Below are positions 9,353-18,301 of a stretch of DNA of 64,000 nt, piece after piece. Location: positions 16,036 through 80,035 of the forward strand of contig CAZQSD010000002.1 in the NCBI GenBank assembly GCA_964595885.1, given 5' to 3'. The position numbers and the translations under genes are program-made. The DNA comes from an uncultured Sangeribacter sp. (GTDB taxonomy: Bacteria; Bacteroidota; Bacteroidia; Bacteroidales; Muribaculaceae). Numbering within the stretch: position 1 is the first letter of the stretch; the number at the start of each line of letters is the position of its first letter. Under the pieces are notes generated by a model, which did not search any database, was not told where the DNA came from, and saw only the letters and a program-made list of their open reading frames with translations.

Positions 9353-9838
9353 TTATTCAATTATGGAGTTCATAAATTGTTTACTAAGACGTTGTTCGTT
9401 TTCTGCGTCTTCAATAATAGATAGAAACATCTCCATAGTTTCCTTTTCAATATCATTAACCACATTCCGGGCAGCATATCCAGTCAGGACTTTACCGTCT
9501 ACACAAGCATAAATATCAGTAGCTTCCTCACTGGGTTTGCAAATCATAAATACATATCCGGTGCATATTGTTATAACTGCTACACAGGCTGCAATCCCTG
9601 TATATTTGAAAACCTTAAGTTTACCCTTTTTTATAATTTTGGGTTTAGAATTGTTTGCAGCCATCAGCGTGGTTAATCTCATTAATGTGCGAACCTCAGC
9701 AATAATTGGAGTAGTAAGGCCGGAAGACAAGAGAACAAGTTCCAGCTCCTTCTCCTGCAACTTGGAGAGGCGACAGTCTACATATGCCTGACATAACCGT
9801 TCTATTTCAGGAAGGGTCATTTGTTCTTTTGTTTCCAT
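9353..9838 (-). CDS. Putative single-pass membrane anti-sigma factor
   Basis: Start chosen at METKEQ… (9838). The cytoplasmic N-terminus contains a CQAYVDCRLS motif, followed by one TM helix (IAACVAVITICTGYVFMI). The start overlaps the 3' end of the ECF sigma gene. The role is inferred from position only. Confidence 0.55.
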   Translation of the reverse strand: METKEQMTLPEIERLCQAYVDCRLSKLQEKELELVLLSSGLTTPIIAEVRTLMRLTTLMAANNSKPKIIKKGKLKVFKYTGIAACVAVITICTGYVFMICKPSEEATDIYACVDGKVLTGYAARNVVNDIEKETMEMFLSIIEDAENEQRLSKQFMNSIIE

Positions 9839-10301
9839 ACTGCAATTTATTATATAGTTCACGCATCTTTTTTCTCGCCCTGCTCATATTCATCCTAACA
9901 GCGTCCACGCTCATATTAAGCTGTTCTGCTATCGCATCATATTCGAGGTCATCAAAAGTTGACATTTGAAAGATCTTTTTTTGTAATGGTGGTAACGAGG
10001 CCAACAATATAGACTTAATCCTTTCAGTCTCATCGATGTCAAGATGGTCTATGGCCTTCTCACAATCGGAAAGTGCCACATAATTTCGTTTTCGCTTCAA
10101 TTTGTTTAGACATACGTTTCTAAGAATGGTAAACAGACGGAATCTTGCTTCTTCCGATGTGGCTGGGACTCTGTCACTCCATAAATTGCAAATAGCATCT
10201 TGCACTGCATCTTCCGCATCCATTTCATCTCTAAGGAGACGATAAGCAACACGATGCAATTTCTCTTGAAGAAGTCTATCTATGAAGTTGTCAGATTTCA
10301 T
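9807..10301 (-). CDS. ECF-type RNA polymerase sigma-70 factor
   Basis: Region 2 (DAEDAVQDAICNLW) and region 4 HTH (LEYDAIAEQLNMSVDAVRMNMSRARKKM). Start chosen at MKSDNF (ATG at 10301). Confidence 0.85.
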   Translation of the reverse strand: MKSDNFIDRLLQEKLHRVAYRLLRDEMDAEDAVQDAICNLWSDRVPATSEEARFRLFTILRNVCLNKLKRKRNYVALSDCEKAIDHLDIDETERIKSILLASLPPLQKKIFQMSTFDDLEYDAIAEQLNMSVDAVRMNMSRARKKMRELYNKLQYGNKRTNDPS

Positions 10302-10427
10302 ATATAGTAATACAATCTTTGATGCCATACATAACATTACAACTTCCAATTTTACACTTGGTATTATAATTTGATGACTTAACTAAGCATTTTACGATTT
10401 TTATTTGCACATAACGACAAAACTTTT

Positions 10428-10435
10428 TAAATTTG
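10428..10435 (+). promoter_or_regulatory. -7 promoter box TAAATTTG upstream of cdsA
   Basis: Exact TAnnTTTG match, 100 nt upstream of the cdsA ATG. Confidence 0.45.
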
Positions 10436-10534
10436 CACTCTAACATTTTCTCTCTATCTCTCCGTTAAAATATAACTCAATAATCCATATAGATTACATA
10501 GTCCTTTAACCCTCTAACTCTCTGCCCTGAAAAA

Positions 10535-11347
10535 ATGGATATAAAAAAACTATCGGTCCGAGCTGCCTCGGGAATCGTATATATCGGTATAATAATAGGT
10601 TGTATCTTCTGGGGAATCATTCCATTCTCCTATATGGCTGCTCTCTTTGCAGTTCTTGGAGTTATTGAATTTGAGAAAATAACACATGAACTGTCAGCAA
10701 AAACTATCCCCACAATGCTACTTGATATTGCAGGCGCAATATGCTTAGTATTCGGTTGGATGCTTTATCCTCTTGTTATCTGGATCTTTATTCTGATCTG
10801 CCGCCTGACCCTGCAACTATACATAAAGAGTGATTCCCCTTTATCCGATTTATCAAAATCCATGATGACACAATTATACATCGGATTACCACTCGGAATG
10901 ATGACACTGATAGGTTCATGGGTATCTTTATCAATTGTATTTACTATCTTCCTAATGATCTGGATTAATGATACTGGAGCGTTCCTTGTCGGCAGTACAC
11001 TCGGCAAACACAGGCTTTTTGAACGTGTTTCTCCCAAAAAGTCCTGGGAAGGATTCTTTGGTGGACTTTTGTTCAATATGATAGCCGGGTGTCTTTTCTT
11101 CAAGTATGGACGTGATTTTTTTGGTCTTGATAGCATGACACTTTGGGAAAGTATTGGATTAGGAATCATCGTGACAATATTCGGAACATGGGGTGACCTC
11201 ATTGAGTCAATGATAAAGAGAAATCTTCAGATCAAAGACTCAGGCAATATTATTCCCGGACATGGGGGAATTCTTGATCGGATTGACTCATTGCTCTTGG
11301 TAATGCCCGCGTCCTTCGTCTATATGTGTATTTTAGACTTCGTGTGA
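10535..11347 (+). CDS. cdsA: Phosphatidate cytidylyltransferase
   Basis: Multi-TM protein with the CdsA signature SPKKSWEG…GDLIESMIKRNLQIKDSGNIIPGHGGILDRIDS. Confidence 0.9.
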   Translation: MDIKKLSVRAASGIVYIGIIIGCIFWGIIPFSYMAALFAVLGVIEFEKITHELSAKTIPTMLLDIAGAICLVFGWMLYPLVIWIFILICRLTLQLYIKSDSPLSDLSKSMMTQLYIGLPLGMMTLIGSWVSLSIVFTIFLMIWINDTGAFLVGSTLGKHRLFERVSPKKSWEGFFGGLLFNMIAGCLFFKYGRDFFGLDSMTLWESIGLGIIVTIFGTWGDLIESMIKRNLQIKDSGNIIPGHGGILDRIDSLLLVMPASFVYMCILDFV

Positions 11348-11370
11348 ATCAATAAATCATTCATAATATC

Positions 11371-11412
11371 ATGCTGCTCCTGGAAAATCTTCCCGTAGCA
11401 GCATTTTTAATA
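11371..11412 (+). terminator. Rho-independent terminator after cdsA
   Basis: ATGCTGCT (11371-11378) pairs with AGCAGCAT (11397-11404), followed by TTTTAATATT. It overlaps the stop of the convergent DUF4249 gene. Confidence 0.55.
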
Positions 11413-12213
11413 TTCAGGAATGGAATCCGGACTGAACACAATTGCACGTTCTGCAACAGGACCCACAAGAAAATAACCCAGACAAAAATCACCGGAGAAA
11501 AGGATAGGACCATTGCTGTCAGAAGACACTGCTTCGAGATAATCACACATTTCATGGCTTATAGGAGTAACTGACACACTGACGATGTCCCCCTCCCGCA
11601 AGGCGGTAGCATCATCTTCTTTGTCCAAATCCTTTCGAGAGGTCATAAACACATCATTTATTACTCCTTTGGAAGCATATTGATCTGAAACAACATTCCA
11701 CATATATGCTTCCCCATTCCTATAGAGTCTGATCCAATAATAACCATATCCTTCCGGATCATTATCAACAAACGTAACCTGAAGCACTGCAACATGGTCA
11801 TAGGGCATTCTTACCCAATTAAATTCTAACCCGATAATATCAGTCGGCATAGGCATTTTTCCACTTGATTTGTAAACAGCAGTGCCCTTTTCAACAGTTA
11901 GTTCATATAAGTGGCCACAAATACCTCCTGATTTCCCGATATAATTACCTTGTTGATCAAGCATAAGCGTTTCCTTGACTCCTAAAGACACATCGGTAAG
12001 GCAGACAACAGCGTCTGTAATAGGTGTATTATTCATCGGTTCATTCATAGGAGTGGTAATGGTGATTCTTACATTTGCACCATATTGGGTCAAACTCCCC
12101 TCTATTACTCTTATTGGCTCAATATCCTTATATTTTATGTCAAGCTCTTTTGAGCAACTATTCACTACTATCAATCCACCAATAACGCCAACCCAATATA
12201 CTGTTTTTTTCAT
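11407..12213 (-). CDS. DUF4249-like outer-membrane lipoprotein (partner of the upstream TBDR)
   Basis: Lipoprotein signal (VVNSC). Lies 6 nt downstream of the TBDR gene. A second gene of similar type sits in the same position behind the paralogous TBDR at 22047. Confidence 0.7.
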   Translation of the reverse strand: MKKTVYWVGVIGGLIVVNSCSKELDIKYKDIEPIRVIEGSLTQYGANVRITITTPMNEPMNNTPITDAVVCLTDVSLGVKETLMLDQQGNYIGKSGGICGHLYELTVEKGTAVYKSSGKMPMPTDIIGLEFNWVRMPYDHVAVLQVTFVDNDPEGYGYYWIRLYRNGEAYMWNVVSDQYASKGVINDVFMTSRKDLDKEDDATALREGDIVSVSVTPISHEMCDYLEAVSSDSNGPILFSGDFCLGYFLVGPVAERAIVFSPDSIPEY

Positions 12214-12219
12214 ATAAGA

Positions 12220-14301
12220 TCAGAATGTTAAAGAATAAGACACTGAAGGAATCAAACCGAATAACGCTTGCTGCACAGCCTTCGTACCGGATGGTTTGGA
12301 CGGGTCATCCTCAAAGTAAATCACATATGGATTATAACGGCAATAGGCATTATAGATTCCGAATGACCACTGTGTTGTGAAGTGTTTCCCTACTCTTGTG
12401 TATACTGCGGAAAGATCAAGCCGATGAGTTGATGGAGTCCGGTAACCATTTCTCCTGGAATAGTAATAATAGGTAATACCGTCAAGTTCATATTTTACAT
12501 CGGGGGCAGTTAATGGCTGTCCGGAAGAAAACACCCATGATCCTGAGAAGCACCACCGATCATTAAGAGTATATATAGCAATAATTGAAACATCATGTCT
12601 TCTGTCGTTTGTAGAATCATACCAACGTCCGTCATTAATTCCTACAATGCGTGTTTGTGTACGAGACAACGTATAGGCAATCCATCCCGTCAATTTTCCA
12701 CTATTTTTACGTATCATAAACTCCGTGCCCCAGCTGCGCCCTTCTCCCCCTAATATTATACTTTCTAAATTTATGCGTGAAAACATTGTGCGCCCGTCAG
12801 CATAATCATATACATGGTCTAGGGTCTTATAATATCCCTCAACCGCCCAATCAAACCCTCCGTCAGTAGTCATACCATTATATCCTATTCCATACTGTAT
12901 TGCTTTTTCCGGTCTTACTGTCGAAGAGGTTAGTGCATAGCGATCAAAAGGAAAACTGGTTGAGCTCGAGCGTATGGAATGAAGGTTTTGTGTGTTTATA
13001 CCATAAGCGGCCTTTACATTGTGCCACTTCGACAGATTATATTTCAAACTGATTCTTGGTTCTGCATTAACATATGTATGTTTACTGAAATCTGGCATAG
13101 CTTCTTGTGCGGCTATGAACTTATGAAATTTCTTTCCGGCAACTGCGTAGAATATACTGAGTCTTAATCCACCCGACACGGCAAATCGGTCTCCGAATTC
13201 TTTTTCGTAATTAACCCAGACTGCATTCTGCCATCCGGATCGCATATCTATTTCTTTATTTTCCGCCACTTCAACTTCAGCAGACTTTACACGGACAAGT
13301 TCTGAACGGAATCCTGATTCCAAAAGATTGTCATCACCTACGTATAACTGTATCTTCTCATTAACAGCCACATCACGTATATATTCCTTCAGCGTTTGAT
13401 CAACATTCATCATGGTCAATGACATCTTTGGGGAATAGTCGGAATAAGATGCTGTAGTGGTGAAGGAAAGACTATCTCCATACCGTGTCAGCCAAGTAAG
13501 CGAAGTGCCAAGATTACCCCAATATAATCCCATCAGTCGCTTCAATGCCATATTATCATGCCCTATTACGAACGAGACATCCAGATAGTCACCGTATTTA
13601 GGTACGTAACGCAATTTAGCCGTGACATCATAAAAGTTCATGATTGTACCCCTATATTGCGACACCATCTGAAGAAAAGCATCTACATATGAACGTCGGG
13701 CACCCACTGCCAAAGAGAGCTTGTCTTTTAATATTGGCCCGTCAGCCATAGCCTTAGCCGCTAATATTCCTATACTGCCCGATCCGTGCCAGCATTTCAT
13801 GTTTCCTACTGCCAGTGTTGTCTCCAACACTGATGCTGTCGCACCTCCGAAAGATGATGGTATAAAACCTTTGTGAAGTGTGGCATGTCCTAATGCCTTG
13901 TCATTGAAAGTTGAAAAAATACCCATAACATGCGATGGATTATGTAGAGTTATACCATCCATCTGCACTAAATTCTGTGAGGCTGCTCCTCCTCTCACTT
14001 CAAAACCACCAGATCCATCTCCTTCGCTCCGCACTCCAGGAAGCAACGTAATAGACCTGACAATATCATTCTCGCCAAAAAGCAACGGAAGTTTTGCTAC
14101 AGTTGAAAGTTCAATATTTTCTACACCGAGATTTATCTTAGCTAAACGTTGTCTGGCTGATTGAGCAGTAACTGTTACATTTTCCAGTCTATGAGCCTGT
14201 AGACTATCAGTAGAAGTTGAAGCATATGCCTCGATTCCATATAGCACCCCAAGCACGCTACCCACTGCCAAAGTCACTAATCTCTTAGGAGTTTTTTCCA
14301 T
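12220..14301 (-). CDS. TonB-dependent receptor (plug plus barrel, no STN or CarboxypepD_reg domains)
   Basis: Plug motifs (DIVRSITLLPGVRS…GGFEVRGGAASQNLVQMDGITLHNP). C-terminal barrel ending IPSVSYSLTF. Shares C-terminal motifs (HRLDLSA, YNAYC, IPSVSY) with ORF 19395..22019. Confidence 0.85.
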   Translation of the reverse strand: MEKTPKRLVTLAVGSVLGVLYGIEAYASTSTDSLQAHRLENVTVTAQSARQRLAKINLGVENIELSTVAKLPLLFGENDIVRSITLLPGVRSEGDGSGGFEVRGGAASQNLVQMDGITLHNPSHVMGIFSTFNDKALGHATLHKGFIPSSFGGATASVLETTLAVGNMKCWHGSGSIGILAAKAMADGPILKDKLSLAVGARRSYVDAFLQMVSQYRGTIMNFYDVTAKLRYVPKYGDYLDVSFVIGHDNMALKRLMGLYWGNLGTSLTWLTRYGDSLSFTTTASYSDYSPKMSLTMMNVDQTLKEYIRDVAVNEKIQLYVGDDNLLESGFRSELVRVKSAEVEVAENKEIDMRSGWQNAVWVNYEKEFGDRFAVSGGLRLSIFYAVAGKKFHKFIAAQEAMPDFSKHTYVNAEPRISLKYNLSKWHNVKAAYGINTQNLHSIRSSSTSFPFDRYALTSSTVRPEKAIQYGIGYNGMTTDGGFDWAVEGYYKTLDHVYDYADGRTMFSRINLESIILGGEGRSWGTEFMIRKNSGKLTGWIAYTLSRTQTRIVGINDGRWYDSTNDRRHDVSIIAIYTLNDRWCFSGSWVFSSGQPLTAPDVKYELDGITYYYYSRRNGYRTPSTHRLDLSAVYTRVGKHFTTQWSFGIYNAYCRYNPYVIYFEDDPSKPSGTKAVQQALFGLIPSVSYSLTF

Positions 14302-14356
14302 ACCGTTTATAATGTAACGTCCTGATAAGGTAAACCTTTATTTTTCTATACCGATG

Positions 14357-14364
14357 CAAAATTA
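14357..14364 (-). promoter_or_regulatory. -7 promoter box (TAATTTTG on the minus strand) for the TBDR-DUF4249 operon
   Basis: The plus strand reads CAAAATTA. Lies 56 nt upstream of the ATG at 14301. Confidence 0.5.
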
Positions 14365-14515
14365 ACCAATATATATGGAAAACAAAAATTTTAAAGAAAA
14401 ACACCGCATTAAAACATAAAATCATATTTATTGTTTACTTATCAGTAACTGACAGTATACAGTTACCATTAAATTAAATATCAAAAGATAACTAATCAAT
14501 AAGACCAACGATATT

Positions 14516-15079
14516 ATGACCGAGGCAGATAAAATATGGAAAGCTATGGTCGGAGGTGAAGTTTACGATGCTTCACATCCAGAACTAATAAAACGATTGC
14601 AGGCCACACGAGAGAAGATTTGGGAGTTTAATAATCTTCGACCTTCACAAGATGCAATGCAGAGATCCATTTTGCGCGAATTACTTGGAGGATGCGGAGA
14701 ATGGTTTCAGATAAATCAACCGTTCCGGTGTGATTATGGATCCAATATCTTCATAGGCGAAAGTTTTTTCGCGAATTTCAACTTGACAATTCTTGACGAG
14801 GCGGAAGTAAGGATTGGCAAAAATGTCTTTATCGGTCCGAATGTCAGTATTTACACTGCCTGTCACCCTCTGGATGCAGAAACACGAAATAAGATTGTGG
14901 AGTGGGCAGAACCGGTTACTATAGGGGATAATGTATGGATTGGTGGTTCAACCACTATCCTACCGGGAGTGACGATAGGAGACAACGTGGTTATCGGTGC
15001 CGGCTCTGTTGTGACAAAAGATATTCCGGCCAACGTAGTTGCGGTTGGAAACCCAGCAAAAATTATCAAACAGCTATAA
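14516..15079 (+). CDS. maa: Maltose/galactoside O-acetyltransferase family (hexapeptide transferase)
   Basis: Mac N-terminal domain plus hexapeptide repeats (VTIGDNVWIGGSTTILPGVTIGDNVVIGAGSVVTKDIPANVVAVGNPAKII). Confidence 0.85.
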   Translation: MTEADKIWKAMVGGEVYDASHPELIKRLQATREKIWEFNNLRPSQDAMQRSILRELLGGCGEWFQINQPFRCDYGSNIFIGESFFANFNLTILDEAEVRIGKNVFIGPNVSIYTACHPLDAETRNKIVEWAEPVTIGDNVWIGGSTTILPGVTIGDNVVIGAGSVVTKDIPANVVAVGNPAKIIKQL

Positions 15080-15106
15080 CAATTCCCATCCCAAATCTGA
15101 ATATAA

Positions 15107-15139
15107 TTGTCCCGGTTGTAAATTGATCAACCGGGACAA
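15107..15139. terminator. Bidirectional hairpin between maa and the convergent porin-like gene
   Basis: TTGTCCCGGTTG (15107-15118) pairs with CAACCGGGACAA (15128-15139), a 12-bp perfect stem flanked by T-rich sequence. Confidence 0.65.
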
Positions 15140-15156
15140 CTTTATTAATTATATGC

Positions 15157-15852
15157 TTATTTTACACGAAACCAATATCCCAAAGTGGCTGATATGGACA
15201 TCTGATTTGACGCACTATAAGTATCAGTTCGTTTTGAAGGGAAAATATTGCCAAGTCCGTAGTAAAAACGGGCTTCAAAAGCGATGCTGTTTTTGGGGTT
15301 TATGTTGAATTCTGCACCCAAACCAGCACTGATTCCATAATCAATTTTCTGAGTGACAGACATCAACATCTGTGAATTCATACGGTTGCGATATGGGAAA
15401 TCAGGCAGAGTAGCCATATCTTCCGGATCGAAATTCGCTTTTGTCGATTCGCCCAAGAACAGGGCCACCTCCGGACCCGCATTAAAAAAGAAACGCCCCC
15501 TTCTGCCAAAATAAATATGGGCAAGTACCGGCAACTCAAGATAGTTAAGTGTGCGCTTATAGTTATATGGTGCCTCCTCAAAATTCTCTTTCCATCCTCG
15601 TTGCACAAAATTCAGTTCGGCTATTATACCGAAATGATCCTCCTCAATGTAACGCACCATTATGCCTGCGGTTAAACCGGGATTTATCAGTTTTTGCTTC
15701 ACGGAAGGACTGAAGAAAACTTGCGAAATGTCCATACCACCACGAAAGCCAATCGAAACATTCGAACTATAATGGGTCTGCGCAAAAGAGCAATCAGCCA
15801 CACAAGCCACTGCTGATATGATTAAAAGTCTGATATATTTCCAAAGGTTCAT
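15157..15852 (-). CDS. Small outer-membrane beta-barrel protein (PorT / OMP_b-brl_2-like)
   Basis: Signal peptide ending SFAQ. 231 aa with alternating beta-strand pattern and a terminal …LGYWFRVK. Its ATG overlaps the stop of the upstream LysM gene (ATGA at 15849-15852). Confidence 0.7.
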   Translation of the reverse strand: MNLWKYIRLLIISAVACVADCSFAQTHYSSNVSIGFRGGMDISQVFFSPSVKQKLINPGLTAGIMVRYIEEDHFGIIAELNFVQRGWKENFEEAPYNYKRTLNYLELPVLAHIYFGRRGRFFFNAGPEVALFLGESTKANFDPEDMATLPDFPYRNRMNSQMLMSVTQKIDYGISAGLGAEFNINPKNSIAFEARFYYGLGNIFPSKRTDTYSASNQMSISATLGYWFRVK

Positions 15853-17807
15853 TTTACAAGAACTTTTTCAGTGTAGCCTCCCGGACGGAATTTAAGGAGA
15901 TAACTTGTGGGGTTAAAAAAACCTCCCCAATTGTTCACTCTCTGTAGCCGTATGTCAGACTGAAGAGGGTCACCATTTTTATCAGAAAATCCTTTATTGA
16001 AATCGCCTCCGTTGGTTGCAGTTGACGGGATGAAGTAGTTTGCCACATCATATCCACTTGCTGCAAAATTAGGGAAAGATTTGATCGGAGATCCGCCAAA
16101 CATTTCATTATATACATCCGTAAACTTCTTCCATTCCCTTGAATCAGTGTCAAGCCACAGGCGTGATGGAATTACCACGCCGGCTTCTGAAAACTTATCA
16201 CCGAGGGTATCATAGAAGGTAACCCAGCTTGGGCGTCCAACCACATTAATTGGTGCCACCAATGATGCTTCCCTAAGATTCTGAACTCCTTGCAATATAT
16301 CGGCTATTTCCTCTTTTTTCGATGGATAAGCATATATCAGATATGACCCATTATCCGTCACTGTATAGTCCGATAAAGCCGACACCGAAATTTTCTTCAC
16401 ACTCTCCACCGGGAATTTGGGAATAAGCAGCTCAGCTATTCCGTCGTTCTCGTCTTCTTTCCCAACAACTATAAGCTCCCGGTCGGCATACTCATCGAAA
16501 ATCCTGTCTGCCATTAGCTCATTGAAATATGCTGATGACGGAAGCAACTGAACCATTGACTGATTGTCTTCATACAGATCATTCTTCACATCAAAAACAT
16601 TCACAATCTCCACGTTATTTGTGTTGCCATAATCAGCCAAAAATGCCGGAAAAGCCTTGTCGGCAGTCGCAACTATAAGATTAGGTTCAAAATCATTAAG
16701 ATTGTCAATGACATTATCTGTTGAACCCCTTCCATCAATTATCTTAAAGTTAATTTTGTAAGGGGTGTTTTTCATCTCATTGAGAGAAATGAGAAAACCT
16801 CTCGCAAACTCAATATCCTTTTTGGAAGTAGGTTCATCTGAGAGCATTGCTATTCTAACCTCGTCAAGGAGTCTGACCTCGGAATTTACATTATGGACAG
16901 AATCATATATCTCTTTTATCCCATCTGACTCAAGCTCCCTCGGATCTTCTTCTACAGTCTGTTTCTCTACCTGCACGGTCTCAATCACGGGAATATTGAT
17001 TATCTCATTCTTTTTAGGCACAGCCACATTTTCATTGGCCTCCTTGAGGGTTTGCTCGTCAACACCTGTATTTTCCGCTATTGTTTTCCAGGTTTCATTT
17101 TTCTTCACCTTATAACTCTCCACACTGGCTAACCTCTCTTCCTCCACCAGTTCGGTGTGGATCCGGTTACTGTTGGAGTTGACAGCAATGCGCACAGTAT
17201 CACCTATTCTAAAATTACTCTCCGAAACACCCGGATTTGCTTTCAGTATATCTCCAATAGTTGTCTTATATCTCTGTGCGAGAGAATAAAGGGTGTCACC
17301 GGCCTTTATAACATAGAAAAGATATTTCCCATCTACTGTCTGTGGAGATTGTTGAATCACGAGCGTCTCTCCTGCTTTTATTCCATATTTGGCTTTTGGA
17401 TAAGCGGCATAGATGGTCTCAAGCGGTATGTTATACTGCCGGGCAATACTGTATACCGTCTCCCCCTTTTTAACGACATGCTCTATAGGCTCATATTCAA
17501 TATCAATTGACTCTTCCGGAGTTGTCTCTTCAACCTCAGTGACTACCGTTACTCTGCCGGTAGGATAATAAAGTCGTGTGCCTTTCTCCATTTCAGAAGC
17601 GGCGTTAGGATTAAGTCTTACCAATTCACTGACATCCCAGCCATACTGCTTTGCAATGCCATAAATCGATTCTCCTTTCTTTATTTCGTGATAATAATAT
17701 TCCCTTCCGAGAATTTCCACTTTCGGCAGGTTAGGTTCGGCAGCCAACAAGGGCAACGCGACGGCAGCCAATCCAAATATTGGAAGAATGCGGGATTTTA
17801 TATTCAT
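15849..17807 (-). CDS. LysM-repeat protein with a C-terminal periplasmic-binding-protein-like domain
   Basis: Start chosen at MNIKSRILPIFGLAAVALPLLAA (17807). Three or more LysM-type repeats (YHEIKKGESIYGIAKQYGW, HVVKKGETVYSIARQYNI, YVIKAGDTLYSLAQRYKT). Confidence 0.8.
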   Translation of the reverse strand: MNIKSRILPIFGLAAVALPLLAAEPNLPKVEILGREYYYHEIKKGESIYGIAKQYGWDVSELVRLNPNAASEMEKGTRLYYPTGRVTVVTEVEETTPEESIDIEYEPIEHVVKKGETVYSIARQYNIPLETIYAAYPKAKYGIKAGETLVIQQSPQTVDGKYLFYVIKAGDTLYSLAQRYKTTIGDILKANPGVSESNFRIGDTVRIAVNSNSNRIHTELVEEERLASVESYKVKKNETWKTIAENTGVDEQTLKEANENVAVPKKNEIINIPVIETVQVEKQTVEEDPRELESDGIKEIYDSVHNVNSEVRLLDEVRIAMLSDEPTSKKDIEFARGFLISLNEMKNTPYKINFKIIDGRGSTDNVIDNLNDFEPNLIVATADKAFPAFLADYGNTNNVEIVNVFDVKNDLYEDNQSMVQLLPSSAYFNELMADRIFDEYADRELIVVGKEDENDGIAELLIPKFPVESVKKISVSALSDYTVTDNGSYLIYAYPSKKEEIADILQGVQNLREASLVAPINVVGRPSWVTFYDTLGDKFSEAGVVIPSRLWLDTDSREWKKFTDVYNEMFGGSPIKSFPNFAASGYDVANYFIPSTATNGGDFNKGFSDKNGDPLQSDIRLQRVNNWGGFFNPTSYLLKFRPGGYTEKVLVK

Positions 17808-17886
17808 ATAATTATAATTTCTGAAATCCTTTGATGATCTCAAGCCTACCTTCCCGTCTTAACAAAGGGAAAGCTATAATAATCTG

Positions 17887-17894
17887 CAAATTTA
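17887..17894 (-). promoter_or_regulatory. -7 promoter box (TAAATTTG on the minus strand) for the LysM gene operon
   Basis: The plus strand reads CAAATTTA, upstream of the start at 17807/17843. Confidence 0.45.
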
Positions 17895-17933
17895 GTAATT
17901 TTTTTTGAATTTGACATTATTAAATAAATTGAC

Positions 17934-17941
17934 TAATTTTG
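17934..17941 (+). promoter_or_regulatory. -7 promoter box TAATTTTG directly abutting the HExxH gene start
   Basis: Exact TAnnTTTG match. The GTG/ATG at 17946/17949 is only 5-8 nt downstream, which implies a leaderless or near-leaderless mRNA. Confidence 0.45.
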
Positions 17942-17945
17942 CATC

Positions 17946-18284
17946 GTGATGAAAAAAACGTTAATTGTTCGAAATAATCTTATCCCATTCAGGAGCTTTG
18001 CCGCAATCAACCTGTTTGGAGTGGTTTTTGTGCGCAACGAAGCAAAGGTTGACGACACATTGATTAATCATGAGTTGATTCACACAAAGCAAATGAAAGA
18101 ATTGTTTTATGTCGGTTTTTACATCTTATATCTGTTCTTTTGGTTGAGGCTACTCTTTTCATTCGGCTTCAATTCAGCCCGTGCTTATAGGCACATCCCA
18201 TTTGAAATAGAAGCATATGAAAATGAACATGACCTTACATATCTTTCTAAACGCCAACACTATATCTGGACACATTACCTATAA
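17946..18284 (+). CDS. Small membrane protein with an HExxH (zincin-like) motif
   Basis: 112 aa with INHELIHTKQM followed by a hydrophobic helix (FYVGFYILYLFFWLRLLFSF). Lies 17 nt upstream of an ECF sigma gene. The -7 promoter box ends only ~5 nt before the start codon. Confidence 0.55.
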   Translation: MMKKTLIVRNNLIPFRSFAAINLFGVVFVRNEAKVDDTLINHELIHTKQMKELFYVGFYILYLFFWLRLLFSFGFNSARAYRHIPFEIEAYENEHDLTYLSKRQHYIWTHYL

Positions 18285-18301
18285 TGAAGTAACAATATGC
18301 C

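Noticed and set aside
15039-15308. 89-aa plus-strand ORF crossing the maa stop, the terminator hairpin and the 3' end of the porin-like gene.
   Set aside because: It spans a 12-bp terminator stem and overlaps two supported genes, and its translation has no motif content.
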